Assembly (NCBI GenBank): GCA_002633005.1
Contig: NMRA01000001.1
Location: forward strand, 3,021,695-3,085,694
Length of the DNA stretch: 64,000 nt
Direction of reading: 5' to 3'
Source: Phoronis australis
Taxonomy: Eukaryota > Animalia > Phoronida
In this document: positions 42,318-55,504 of the stretch, one piece after another
Numbering within the stretch: position 1 is the first letter of the stretch
Layout: every line of letters starts with the position of its first letter
Position numbers and translations under genes: made by a program
Notes under the pieces: model-generated
Databases searched by the model: none
What the model was told of the DNA's origin: nothing
What the model saw: only the letters and a program-made list of their open reading frames with translations

Positions 42318-44158
42318 TTAAGCCGAGTTCAGCTTGTCCCAGAACAGTTGCACTTGGTAGTTCTAATGCCACAAAAGTAACTTTTGACTTATACCATTTA
42401 TCAAAATAAAAGTGATGACAGCTTGTACCTACTCAAACTAGAAGTAATTTTCAGCTAAATCACCCAGATCTAAATAACCATTTTTGCTGAAGACTGGATT
42501 CCTTAGTTGCTCTTCCAAACACGAAGCAGATTTAGTAATTATTCCGGAGTAGTTTTCAAGTTAATTATAGGTAATTTTTGATATTCCTTGAAAAATGTCA
42601 CCATGTCAAAAATCATAATGACATCAGAATTAACCAAGCATTTCCAGCTATACAGTATTTTACAATCTGGAGTTCAAAGATCTAATTGTTAAAGTCGAAT
42701 TTCATTTCAAAACACTGCAAAAAACGAGCATGAAACCCAATGACAACATAATAAATCACCACTCAACAAGGTCCTCAATGTCTTGATTATGGGGCTGAAT
42801 ATTAGTCCCATGCTTCTCTGACAAAAACAAAATCACATGAAAATTTCCCTCACCAGGCCCAAAAATTCCTTTAATGATCAAAAAAATCCCCTCAAAGTCA
42901 AAACCAATTCTAACTCTCACAGATCCTCAGCTTCAGAAGGTTTTATTTACTGTGGAAATCCTCGCTTCACAGTCAAGCCTTTCCAGTGTTTATAGCCTCG
43001 ATGTGGAGAACAGAATCTGGATGTGTTCATCATAAGTGCAGGGGTGATCACGCAGTATTAATCAAGGAAAGTCATATATGGGAGTCCTGGATTCACTACC
43101 TAACACCTCCACAAGTTAGACCAATCCAATTCCAAGAAATAAACGTGCAAGACCTGACAGACCCTCTGCACAAAGAGTTAGTTTAGGCAGCTTGCTTGAG
43201 GGGCATTAATGAGGGATGGCAACTTGGGGGGGGGGAGATGGACCTGGTGATGACCGGGGAAGATGATTCTCCCCTCACCCGAAAACCTTCCCTTCCTAGA
43301 AGGCAAAGCACCTTTCCCTTCAGGTGACGAGAGCCTTGCCAACGTGCCAAATCCTATCTACAAAATGGAAGTGAGTTGAAAATGTGTCACAGTTATAAAA
43401 AATATTTAAAGCCAATTAACTCCTTGAATGTATTAAGCTAATGAAAATTGTAGTCAACACATAACATACCTCAGAAGTTAATCTCTTACAATGAGAAAAC
43501 AACAAAATGATGAAGAGAACGTGATACAGCCCAGATATCTAAACACCATGTATTTTCAACAAATTAGCTGAAGCTTTAGTTAAACATGTGAATTTAACAT
43601 TGCTATCACATTCATACTTCTATTAGTCAGTTATATTTTCACCCATTCCAAGAGTGATAAAATAGCACAATTCCCTGTCAATTAGATAACAAATAACGAT
43701 ACCAGTAACAATGGTTAACATTTATCCCGTTCACACGACACTCAAACCAAGCAAAGGTACAAAGAACAATATTTCTGGTGTAAATATCAGTGTGAACGCA
43801 AGTTGCTCTGAAACAACTAGTCTGATCCAGTTGAGAAGGTAGCACAGATCATTCCAGATCAAGTTTTAGTGTAAAAGCAACAGGAAGAGTGTGGAAACAA
43901 ATACGAGATGTTAAGCATTTGCATTATTCTTCAGTCTGAAGCTTTTCACTTTCCTGCCATTTGTAACACTAATCACACCAAACAGACTAACAAACAATTT
44001 CTGCCATCTTTTGACTAGTGTTAACATGAAAGTGTATGCAAAGTCAGAACAAATTGTTCCTGTAACAACATATTCTGGATTTTTGTGTAGTGTGAACGGG
44101 ACATTAGAGTGAATAACTTATGTGAAGCACGTTCCATTCACAGATGCTTAGTGGTGGC

Positions 44159-44349
44159 TCAGTTTATCACAGATTCCGTAACAGCTGAGTTGCAGTTCTT
44201 TGACTGATTCATTGCCGGAGTGAGATGAGACAAGACAAACATGGCCACGTCATTGTTAGACCAATAGGATGTGTGCGAGGTGATCGCTGCCACATAGCTG
44301 TTCTCCATGCTGCCCTCTCTGAGACTATAGTCAAGTCTGTACTCCAAAT
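44159..44349 (-). CDS. DDHD1: DDHD1-like phospholipase A1, last coding exon
   Basis: tttgcag| phase 1; DLEYRLDYSLREGSMENSYVAAITSHTSYWSNNDVAMF...TGA, the end of the DDHD domain. Confidence 0.95.
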
Positions 44350-45742
44350 CTGCAAATGCACGTGCACACAGGGTTAAACCATTTGTCATGGGAAAAATAC
44401 AACAGTTGGAGATGTTGAGATGATAGGAAATGACGATGTGGTCGACTCGAGTTTGTGAAGACAAAAAGGACTGTCAGTTATTGCACAAGATGAGCAGCAG
44501 GATCACACAAACATGTTGTTGAGTAAAACATTGAGCAACTCTGAACTGTCACGTCTTCCCAAGCTCATAAATTTTGCCTGACATCTGGTGGTGACTTAGG
44601 AACAACTTGAGACTAGAACTGGTTAAGTTAAAAAATAGTTTTTTTGACTGAAGGCAGTTTTAACTGAAAAATATAACACAGCAGATTGGAATATAACAAG
44701 AAAGATTGTATTGCACATAAATTTTTTGTGATTGACATGTCAAATGTTACAAAATATTACCAGTATTAGGGTCTCACGCCTATGGAGAACATTTGACAAG
44801 AATGATCTCCATAATAGTATTAAGTGAAATGTTTGTTGTCAATTCCAACTTTCAAAGTGCAAAATGTGATGAAGTAACTTAATGTGTTGAAATGACTGCA
44901 GGTACGAGTACACAACGAAAGAATCATGACACCATATCAAAACACTAAGAGAGTCTAAGTTTATTTAATTATACAAAGAGAAAGGTGGCTGACACATCAA
45001 GAACAGAGAAAGAAAAATAGAGAAGCCATGAACTGCCAGTAAAACCCAAACATAACTAATAGTGAACAAAATACATCAAAGTAGCTGAATGTACATAAAA
45101 AGTGAAACAGATTAGTTTAACAGGCTACTGACAACAACTAGACTTACGAATTCCAGCTGAAAAAGACAAAATTGGAATAGGAGATCATCAAACAAGAACT
45201 ATCAACGTTTAACATCAGAATCATAAGTCAGAAGGTTCCACAAAACTTACATTTATTTTTTGGAATTCTTAAAATTCCTAAACACAGTATTTCAAAATCA
45301 CATAGCACTCATAGATACCAGTGAGAACTGGCCAGCTCACAAAATTTATTTACGTCTTAATGTTTATCTAATACAAAAGAGAACCAATTAAAAAGAAAAA
45401 ATACTGTCAAATAAACTACCCCTTGATTTGAACCACAAAAATACGCCTATAAAACTGTTCTCAACTTGTTCCCTGTTCATGTTCGAAATAATTTCTGGGA
45501 TAAGAAAGAGCTGACATTTCGTAGTTGCTTGAGGCAGGGCTCACAGCAATTTGACTTGACACAGCCAGTCATTCTATACACCAGGTATGGAGTCAACCAA
45601 TTGTCACCTCCTTCCAACGCCACATACCACTCCTAACCTGAACAGAGAACGAGCTGAAACCACTTTTAATTGTAAGTGCTCTAAATCAAAGTTAAATTTT
45701 ATAGGGCAGGTGTATGGCGGCTTTAATTGATAAAACACACAC

Positions 45743-45916
45743 CTGTTTGCTCGATCTCCTCGCGTAGCTTCATTTCCTGTTTCTCATTCTCTCGTCTCTC
45801 CATTTCTTCCTCAGCCTGTTTCATGGCATGCTGCACACGCTTTATGGCCTTCAGTTCAGCACTTAACTCCTCAGTCTTATCTTTCTTACGACCACCTAAT
45901 TTGGACCACAGTGAAC
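45743..45916 (-). CDS. DDHD1: DDHD1-like exon
   Basis: 174 nt, phase 1-1; GSLWSKLGGRKKDKTEELSAELKAIKRVQHAMKQAEEEMERRENEKQEMKLREEIEQT (charged, coiled-coil-like). Confidence 0.85.
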
Positions 45917-45949
45917 CTGTCGGTGGAAAACCAACCGATATCCGCAACT

Positions 45950-47260
45950 ACTCAAAAGGTACAGAGGCAAACATAAAAAACATGTTCCACTGAAGGTGGC
46001 ACTGAAGGTAGAGCAATAGTCGTATCCGACCATCTGTTGTCAAGTTAATAGGGATACACCTGCCAAATTTCACAAAAATCCTGTAAGGGGTTTAGGAAAT
46101 ACAGTTACAGAATGATGACACCACTAGGTGGAACCACAGCGGTTGGATCCGTCCATAAATCAATGTCAGTCATGCTCGTGTCAGTGCAAACATATCTGAA
46201 AATTTTCGTGATGATCCTCTGGGCAGTTTGGCAGATTCGGAGGTGGACGACAAAAAACAAGTTGAAAATAATAAAAAATAGCCACTGGGGGACACAGAAT
46301 ATTGTCGTCTCTATAATGGAAACTTAGTCATGAAAACAATAAAGGAATACTAAAGATACAGAGACAAAAAGTAAAATTGGCACTAAGGGGCACACCAGAA
46401 GTGCGATCCATTGAAAGTGCTGGTCACCCTTTGTCACATTAATAGGAAAATACAAAGATCCTCTGGGCAGTAGATGCAAAAAGCTACATTGCCATTAGCA
46501 GTCGCACCCACCCAAAAATCAACATCAGCTGTTGTTTTCTCATCAGGAACTCACCTGCTCATCTTCATAATAATCACTTGAGCAGTTTGGCAAAGAACGA
46601 GGTGAGTGGTAAAAAACGGGCTGAATTATAATAAAAATTAGCACTAAGTGGCACAAAAGTAGAAAGGCATAGTTATCTTCTTAATAAAAATCAATTTATC
46701 AAAAATTTTACCATCCGTCAGCTGCTCCACCTGCCAAATTTCACAAAGCCCCTATAAAATTTTGAGGTGACATGGCTGCGGACGCAAAACAAACAAAATC
46801 GCCACTAGGGACACCACAGTAGTCTGACTCGTCCGAACATCAACATCAGCTGTGATCTTCTAAACAAGCACACATCCGCAAATGTTCATAATGATTTTTT
46901 GAGTGGTTGTGCAGATGGAGAGGCGAACATCAGAAAACAGACTGCAAACTAACAAAAAGGCCACTAGGGGCGTAAAGTATGTTGAATCTGTCCAGATTTG
47001 GAACGTCATTAGCATTTACTTAACAGAAACCAATTTGGCAAATTTCAGGCAAATCCATAAAGGAACTCTGAAGATACAGAGGTACGTGTGAAAAACTAAA
47101 ATTGCCACAAGGGGCACAGTAGTCGGATCGGTGCGAAATTTGTCTCCATCTGTCGCCAGTTTCATAGGAACACATATACCAAATTTCATTTAGATCTTGC
47201 AAGGAATTTGGGTGATAAAGTAGCAGATGGCAGACACCAAGACAAAAATGCCATCAATAT
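45950..47260. repeat. Degenerate complex repeat array (gccactagggg / ctgccaaatttca / gatcctctgggcagtttg motifs)
   Basis: Motifs recur every 100-260 bp; the same family occurs at 54590-55280. Confidence 0.75.
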
Positions 47261-47470
47261 GCACCCACATAATATTATTCATATGTGGGTGCATAGCAAC
47301 AAATTGAGCTCTACAGATCATAAATCTACGTCTGCTGGCTAGCCTACTACAGCTGACCACAATTCTCCTTACACTATCCATTAAAAGTCATTTCAAATAA
47401 ACAGTGCAACAAAATTAATTATAATCATATTTACATAGACACTCAGCTATCAAAGCTCCTGCTAACATAC

Positions 47471-47726
47471 CCACAATGCCACCACCCTGAGAGCTGCTGG
47501 TCGGTGAGTCGGTGACATCCTGATATACAGAATGGTCTTCATCCACAGACTTCTGAGGCGGCTCATTCTTCGACTCGTGCTTGTCAGATCCCGTTTTCAG
47601 GGCAGAGTATGCTTCACTCTTCATTGCCGAGTACGGCGTGGCAGATGAGACGAGATCGTAGCGGTGAATCCTCAACGGAATGATAGTCGTGTAGTGTTTG
47701 AGCACCAGTGGTTCAAGGCGATAAGC
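47471..47726 (-). CDS. DDHD1: DDHD1-like exon
   Basis: 256 nt, phase 0-1; AYRLEPLVLKHYTTIIPLRIHRY... Confidence 0.93.
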
Positions 47727-47765
47727 CTGCAGGGAAAGGTAAACTGTTACTTGTAAGTAGCCACA

Positions 47766-47909
47766 GGGGGAGATAGTGTAGCATAGTGGGATAAATGTCC
47801 ACTTCCTTCACTCAAGGTTGTGGGTTCATGTCCCACTGTAGCACACTGCTAGACCCTTGAGTCAGGTCTCTAGCTCCTCAGCTTGGTAAAAAAAAAAAAC
47901 AAAAAAAAC
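47766..47909 (+). mobile_element. Degenerate tRNA-derived SINE
   Basis: A-box-like tgtagcatagtgg, B-box-like ggttcatgtccc, a cccttgagtcagg body and an A-rich tail. Confidence 0.65.
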
Positions 47910-47942
47910 AGTGCAGGTGGTCTGATGTCATTTGCGGTGCAT

Positions 47943-48090
47943 CAGACGTGCGCAGGCCTCATGGTTGGGCCCATTGCACAAAACACCTGAGCAAAGGCAC
48001 CTCAGCTTGGTTGTAACTGTATATTAATAAAGCATAAAAATGGTGCCAACAGTACAACCAGGGCACACTTGAGTGACCTGCGCACGTCTG
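47943..48090. mobile_element. Short MITE
   Basis: Perfect 14-bp TIR cagacgtgcgcagg/cctgcgcacgtctg; no clear TSD. Confidence 0.7.
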
Positions 48091-49095
48091 CTACAACATG
48101 AACAAAACCGCCTGAAATTATTCTGTTTTAGTAATCACAGGAATATTACCAGAAAACAATGCTCTGGCTTTATTAGATTTTAATGACTTGTTCTGCAAAT
48201 TTTGTGGATTTTGAGCACGGACTTTAGCAAACAGTCAGATACTCTGGTTTCATTTTGTAGTTTTGCAGTTTTGTTTGGACTAGCTTCCCTGGAACACCAA
48301 AACAAATAACAAAATTCAAACAGTACACCCAGGCTAACGTTTGGGAAACTAGACAGGCTGCTTTTCTTGGCATGGAACTTTACTATCAAAAATTTCTGGT
48401 AATAAACAACACCAAAATTTTCAAGTTAAAATTTTTCTTGTCCAAGTTCAAATACATAATTTTTGCACACTGGCCATAAAAGGAACATGATCAGAACAGT
48501 TCACTAGACCTGGTCCCAGGATGTAATCCCCCAACTCAGACTCGACTCAGATTTGGACTTAGACTTGAAACACAACCGATCACGCTACAAGGTGTGAATG
48601 CAAATTTTCAAGTTCACTTGTGCCATGCCATAGAACGATACCAGATTAAACAGCAGCACGCGGTATTTACCCACAATGCTACAACATCCCTCAAGCAGTT
48701 CTCTGCCCTCGCTCTCGTGGCAGTGGAGATTCTCATGATATTTGTCAGTACCTTGTTAATTTTCATTTTTTTCTCTTGACTGCATTTACGTAATTAACTG
48801 TTTGACCTTCAATGCCATCAAAGTTTTAATACTGAGCTGTGGCCTGCAACTTTGAAGGCAGAAAGTTGTCTGAACTTGAGAAGTATCCGCGGATGCGATA
48901 TTTTCTGACATGATTCCTAGCATGAATGGCCCTGACATTTTTTTTTCAGGCCAATGTAACAATGCATTTTCCTACCTCCAGAACAAAAGTGACTTCAATC
49001 CAGGACCGTCCTATTGGTCAATTTTCAAGTCGAGGTTTGAGTGCAGAAAAAAGACCCTGGGCCAAGATCACTTACAGCTCATTGGTGACACTCAC

Positions 49096-49245
49096 CACAG
49101 GATCAGCAGGATGATAAATGTTGAACATACGTTTGCACAGTGCCCTAGGCATAATGTGGTCAGCTTGACCAGTGGCCTGTGGTCGTACTCCTCTCAGGGC
49201 CAGAAACACAGCCAGGGGCGAACCCAGGCAAAAGAAGTTCTCAAG
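49096..49245 (-). CDS. DDHD1: DDHD1-like exon (DDHD domain start)
   Basis: 150 nt, phase 0-0; LENFFCLGSPLAVFLALRG...MFNIYHPADPV. Confidence 0.96.
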
Positions 49246-52200
49246 CTGCAAAATGGACAATCACGCCTAGTGAGAGACAGACAATCAATCAGAACAAAAT
49301 TAACGAAGTCAATATTTTGAATCATCTTTGAATAACATTAAAAACTATGTTACATCAAAATTAAAAAACATTTTTTGTGTACTGAAATTAAACAAAAAAT
49401 ACATCTCAATTGGTAAGTGACCATAAAACTTTCAGCTGAAAGATTCTAATACTGAGATTTTTAAACACAAAATGTCATTGCCAAAACCAAAAGTGCAAAA
49501 ATTACTGCTGCATCAGAATGGTTTCACTTCCTTAAACAACATGTTAAGAGAGCAGAAATACCCATTAACCTCTGGCAAACTACTAGGAGATTAAGATATT
49601 CCATGTTAAAACTAACCCCGGTTAAAACTATCCCATGGTTAAAACTACTATGTGAAATACTATTTGGAAATGAACAATTAGTTGGTGTAAGAAATGAAAA
49701 TTTGCTTCCAATCAATGTACGAGTTAGTTAACAAGCAATTTTATTATATGATGCAAATGGTAAAAGTAATGTGGAAAAATGATGAAAGAGTTTCAGGGTA
49801 CCATTCAATATAAGGAGCAGACAGGGGTTCAAACTAATCAACTCCACCCTCAGTAAATTTAGTGCTTTCCCGTGATATCTTGTGGAACCTTTCCCCCAAT
49901 ACACAAAATCACAAACCCAGATCAGTCCCTGTATCATGTTGTTTTTGTGGCATATCAGATTTGTCTCCCTAGTCAACTTAACACGGCCCTTGCTCATCTG
50001 AGAACAAAGGTGCATGTGCCTTCAGGGAGGGAAATTTTTTGGTTGAGGGGAAAATTCCTCACCTATTGTTACCACCAATTCCACTCCGGCCCCCGGCCGC
50101 CATCCCTCATCGGCAAAGTAGCTAAAAGTGACAGTTCACATAAACCTTGAGATGAATGTTTCCGTCACTGGAGTGATATTTTTGAACATGGTGAGGTGAA
50201 TTTTATGTCATTTTTAAACATTTTTCATAGGGGAATGGCCAATATTCGGCCCCAAAAATCGAGTCAAGGAAGGCCCTGTCTCAAGGACCAAAGATTTACC
50301 ATTACTTAAACTGTTACTTTCTAGTTTCTGTGAGTTGTTCTTTAGAGCTTAATCACAATTCTCTATCCACCAATACAATGTGAGAGTCAATTAGACCAAC
50401 AACATAGTAATTTGAGTGAAATCTTGCCAGTAGCCAGCACCACACCCTTTCAACATGGTTAACCAAGGGTCGCCGTGGAAAAAGAATTTTTGTGCTATTC
50501 TCATTCACTTATTTTGCAGGCCCACATCTATCAGAGTTACGTTCAAAGTGATCGGTTGTTGTCACACTTGAAGGACTTACGGGCAGTTTCACAAACTAAA
50601 GGAGACTCAATTTCAAGACACAAATGGCAAGAAAATTTAAGTGATAAAAATAGTAACTACCCATAATTCAGCACTACCCATAATTCAGCACTATGAGTAG
50701 TCATACACCGACTGCCATTATGGCTGTATGAGACTGGTAAGGTCAGGTGCTTACATGCCAAACACTTGCAAGATCTTGCATTACACCAGCATGAACTTGT
50801 CAAATGTGCAAATACCAAAGGTGCGTTCCATAGAGTAGTTGACTTCTTGCAAGATCAAAATCACTCGAGATAAATGCGAGTGTTTCACAAGTGCGTCCGA
50901 GACCTCATTAGAGCAGACTAGCAAAATGGCCGCCACTGACGTGACTGGTCAGCAAGGCAGGGATGTTGAATTAAGGCAGAAGTTCACAATTTCCATTCCA
51001 CAAACTATCAAAGATTTCTTGCCGAAGGTGTCTTATAAGTGTCTCACCTCACATTACATAACACAGCTGCATTTTAAAAAAAATGTGCCTTAGTCATAAC
51101 CCTGAAAGGCCTAAGGTCCACTCTGATCCAAAGTATCAATTGCATTCGTGCAATATGCAACAGAGAAAATATCACTTTCCAAAAATCCCACGAGTGCTTA
51201 TGACGATCCACAACAGAGGCGGAGAAAGTACCACAACCACGCTTGAAAAGCCCGCCCCCATCACAGTTGTTCTAGCTTGAAGATACTAAGTCATATTAAC
51301 TGTAGAATACGCAAATGAAGCAGACTCACTACGATAATCCGGAGATGAAAGAGAGGCTCATAGTGGAAACAACCCCAACATGACTTAGCAGTTTGAACAG
51401 GCAGTGAGTGCTACACAGAGTCAGACTACACAGCTAGTGCAAGTTCACGTCACGTTACCCTGAAACGCCAAGCGCCGGGCTTTCGCGTCTCGATGTAACA
51501 GTATGGTGTACACAAGACGGACTCGGATAGCTCCTCTCCCTCCTTAGAAATACACTCAATAAAGTTAGGGTCTTATTTAATTGGAATGCATGGATGTAAA
51601 TATGGGCATACTGTCAAGTAGACAACACAGTTTTCGTAACCCCATAGCAGACTAGAGGTTAAACAACCCAGGGGTTATCAATCAATAGAAAAGTTGACTC
51701 GATAAAGCTGTATTTAAACTGACTTCCGTGGAAAAAAACAACTTTTGACTTCAATTTTTAATCTACATAGGAAATTGATCTAGACCTATTCCTTGCTTAA
51801 ATTACATTATGATTTCTGTGCTTGGAAGAAATTAAGAGTTCGTTTTGCTTGAGATCAGACTCAACGCTTGTCACAGTGGGTCATTATATGTGCCAAGCAT
51901 GGCTTCGAGAAATAAGAGCCAACTGTCATGCATTCGCAAACCCAAAAGCCATTTCTCATCCGAATGAAGTACAAGACGATTAAAGTTTTATACCTGAAAG
52001 TAGCCTAAATCAAAAGTTCGTTTCATTCATGAAATTCGGGTCTATAACACCACTAATAAGAAACAATGTACGAAGAGGATAAGAAAAGGAATGGCTTATA
52101 TCAGAATAGTAAATGTTCTCTTGAAGCAATAAAAACAGGAGATACTATAAAAATAAACAGCAGCTTTGATTATAATCATTTCCATGCAGCAGTGCCACGT

Positions 52201-53330
52201 ACTGGTTTGGGTAATTCTCTAATAAAGTTGCACAAAATCTCTCACAATATTGCAGACACGCACAGTCCGAACGATTTGAAGACTTTTATGCGGATGCGCA
52301 AACTGTTGAAACCATAATAGAGATGTACCAAGTTAATAGAGAAAGTACTACACACGGTGAGCATGGCAAAAATTAAGAAATGCAAATACGTCGGTCAGAA
52401 ATTTGTCTTGACATAGTGTAACATTCTTTCAAGTTGAAAATTGTGTGATTTTCCCAAATTACTCAGTGACCGTTAAGGGCATTTCAGTTATTTCATGGAC
52501 ATTACTAAGTACTACAAACTGTGTTTTTGGAAAGGTTTGGAAAGCATTTTGAGATTTTGTTTTCTGTCCTTAATGGGTGGGAGCTTCATGTAATTTACGG
52601 AAAGGAAGACTTGGATTCAGTGAAAATGTGAATGGCCATCTCATTACTATGTTACAGTAAAAAGTAAGACAATATTTGGAGTCACTAAAACTACTGCATA
52701 CATACACAATTGTATAGTCCATAATTGCTAGAATAACGGAGATCGGTAAAGATTTAACACATCAAATGTCTGAGACATTAATGTTACAGTTCTCAGCGTA
52801 ACATGATTGTAAAAAATACTATTTTACAACACTGACAAATATACAAGAAACAAATATGAAACATCTCAATGTACAATAAGTTATTCAAACAAAAGCAAAA
52901 CCGTGTTTAACAAACAAGGTCTTAAAATAATCCAAGAGGTACCGCAAACACCAAAGGCTGGAACAAAAGGGGGTTATAAAAATGTATAAAGTAAAAACAT
53001 AGCAGTCAAATGACGGCCAGGCCACGTGATATTAATACTGGATGACCTCAGTAAACAATAGACAAACATTGAATGACAAAATCATTCATTAAAATTGATA
53101 TCATCATCATCATTATCAAATGTGCCAACGTTTATGGCAAAGCATCTCTTCAAAGATAAATAATTTTCTTTGATTTTGGAGCAACCAAAGAAATTTTTAG
53201 ATAGAAATCTCAGTACCAGCTTTAACACAGAAATTTAAACCTCTGACCACATACAAAGCAGTTAGAGTGATGCCAGAGTCGAAATATTTTCTAATTAAAG
53301 TAAGTGCTTTATAAGAAAAATTCAGCATAC

Positions 53331-53406
53331 CTTAAATTTTAGTGTTGGCGTCTTTATGTGTTGCCTTTCGGTCATGGCCAGCAAGGTCATTTCAAGGTCA
53401 TGCACT
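53331..53406 (-). CDS. DDHD1: DDHD1-like exon
   Basis: tttccag|...|gtatgc, 76 nt, phase 2-0; VHDLEMTLLAMTERQHIKTPTLKFK. Confidence 0.88.
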
Positions 53407-53876
53407 CTGGAAATTGAAAAGGCTTTCCATTTAGATTTATACATAATTTTTTAATTTGAGTTCGATTGTTTGCTGGTCTTTGACCAGATGAAGTCTGATA
53501 CACTTTGAAATTGGCTGAATAAAGCTATTCAAACCATGCATTGAATCAATTAAACCATTGCATAACACCTCTTTAATAACTAATGAGACAGGCATGCTCA
53601 TACCGATTACTAATGTGCAGAATGTTAATTTCTGAGAGCACATAGAATTCCACTTAGTGATAACTATAGACTGAGAGCGCATGACATCATAAATTGTGAT
53701 GTACTTGAAAACATTGCAAAACCTAAAAAAAATCTATAAAAAAACAACACCGATTCTATACCTACACAGGCTGGATAATGTTTCAATCAGTAAATTCTTG
53801 AAACAAAACCGACATGTTCAATAAAACTGACGTTACATCAAGGCGTGTAATGTTTGGGCAGGATGTTTGAACCTAC

Positions 53877-53944
53877 TCTTTTCGTTTCCGCTCCAGACTG
53901 GCCACTAGATTCGAAGCTCCTTCCACCGCATGGCTGACCTCCTC
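53877..53944 (-). CDS. DDHD1: DDHD1-like exon
   Basis: gtttcag|...|gtaggt, 68 nt, phase 0-2; EEVSHAVEGASNLVASLERKRK; supplies the phase bridge needed between its neighbours. Confidence 0.8.
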
Positions 53945-54589
53945 CTGAAACATGTACACATCCAACATCAGTCCAAGAAGGTTTAGTGTTCACTTTTAAG
54001 CGTTAGTGAACACCCGTGTCACCATCACGCAATGAAATTGTGAATTCAAAGGCAGTGCTTAATATGATAAATTAATATTAAGTTTAAAACATTATAAATT
54101 TAAAAAATTTGAATTAAACTGGCTTTCTCCATCAACAATGGAGAGCGCCACACATCACAACTGCATCGGCTGAAATATCAACCATGAGGTATTTGAGTAC
54201 TAGGGCACAAACAATCTCTTGAATGAATTATCTTAGTTTTTTTCTTTATAATAGTTTGGTAGTAGCCCTTCTGTAACACAAACTTTGTTGAACACACAAC
54301 TGAACTTTTTGTTTGCAAGCTTGATACTGAGTCACTTGTAGTGTCTAAACAATCTTCTTTCTTCAGGTATGTAGCTATGCAGCACAACACCGAGAGACAT
54401 AACAAACAAGCAAATTAAAACGTTTCTTATATGTTCATTCCACTTATTGCCTGATGATGAGACATGCAGTCTCAAAATACAATTAGTGTTTTAATACAGT
54501 AAGTTGTGGGATGCCATTGTAACATCTATAGGTCTGGATAACACTGTAAAAGTTCACAAACACCCAGCACAGAAATCATAAGCTATAGC

Positions 54590-55280
54590 CATAACAGCAA
54601 AAATACAAAATCACCACAAAATCAGCATTAGACCCTTCCGAAAATCAACATCAGTCATGGTCTCCTCATCAGGAACACAACTGCTGCAATTCATAATGAT
54701 CCTTTGAGAAGTTTGGTGGATAAAAAGGCAGACGTGAAGCTGCCTGTTTTCCAAATTTCATCAATAAACTCTAAAGTTACAGAGGTAAATGCCAAACTAA
54801 AGTTGCCACAAGGGGGCACAACTTTAGCCAGATTGGTGTGAAACCTCCTCCTCTCCATAGGAACATATTTGCCAAATTTCTTCCAAAGACTTAGGGAGAT
54901 ACAGTCGTAGATGCAAACAACAAAATTGACACTAGGGGTCGCCAGAGTAGACAAACCCCGTCCGAAAATCAGCATCAACCAGTCTTCCCATCAGGTGCAT
55001 ATCTGTCAATAAATGATCCTTTGAGCAGTTTGGAAGATAAAAAGGCGGATATCAAAAACATGCTCAAAATTTTTTTAAATTGCCACCAGTTGGAACAGAA
55101 TGCGTCAAATCCATCAGGAACTCCAAAGATACAGAGGTAAACGTGAAAAATTAAATTGCCGCTAGGGAAAGCGAAGTTGTAGAATCAGTCCGAAACTCGC
55201 CGTCATTTGTTGTCAGCTCCATAGGAACCCGTCTGCCAAATTTCATTTAGATCTTGTAAGGAGTTTAGAATATACAGCCA
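54590..55280. repeat. Second array of the gccactagggg repeat family
   Basis: Shares tccgaaaatcaacatcag, atgatcctttgagcagtttgg and ctgccaaatttcatttagatcttg with 45950-47260. Confidence 0.75.
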
Positions 55281-55427
55281 CAGACATTCGACACGCAGAT
55301 AGAGATCACAGCAATACACCACCACATATTAATACCGTATATAGACGCATAAAAAGGTAACGCAGCTATAATAAAGCTTGCTAGCAACAAGCTGCTGTGT
55401 AAACTGACATTTGCTGAAATGACTTAC

Positions 55428-55504
55428 TATCGCCGTGGCAACATATTGGTCGTAGAGTTCTATAGGATTCCAGCCAGTGATAATGTCATATGTGATAACA
55501 CAAC
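55428..55504 (-). CDS. DDHD1: DDHD1-like exon
   Basis: 77 nt, phase 1-0; GCVITYDIITGWNPIELYDQYVATAI, completing the HSL-G lipase motif. Confidence 0.94.

Noticed and set aside
42310-42318. GTATCCTTT U12-type donor consensus (also near 63793)
   Set aside because: It is part of the MITE terminal repeat and is not at an exon boundary.
45638-45653. Possible 16-nt DDHD1 microexon
   Set aside because: It is not a multiple of 3 and would break the frame between phase-compatible neighbours.
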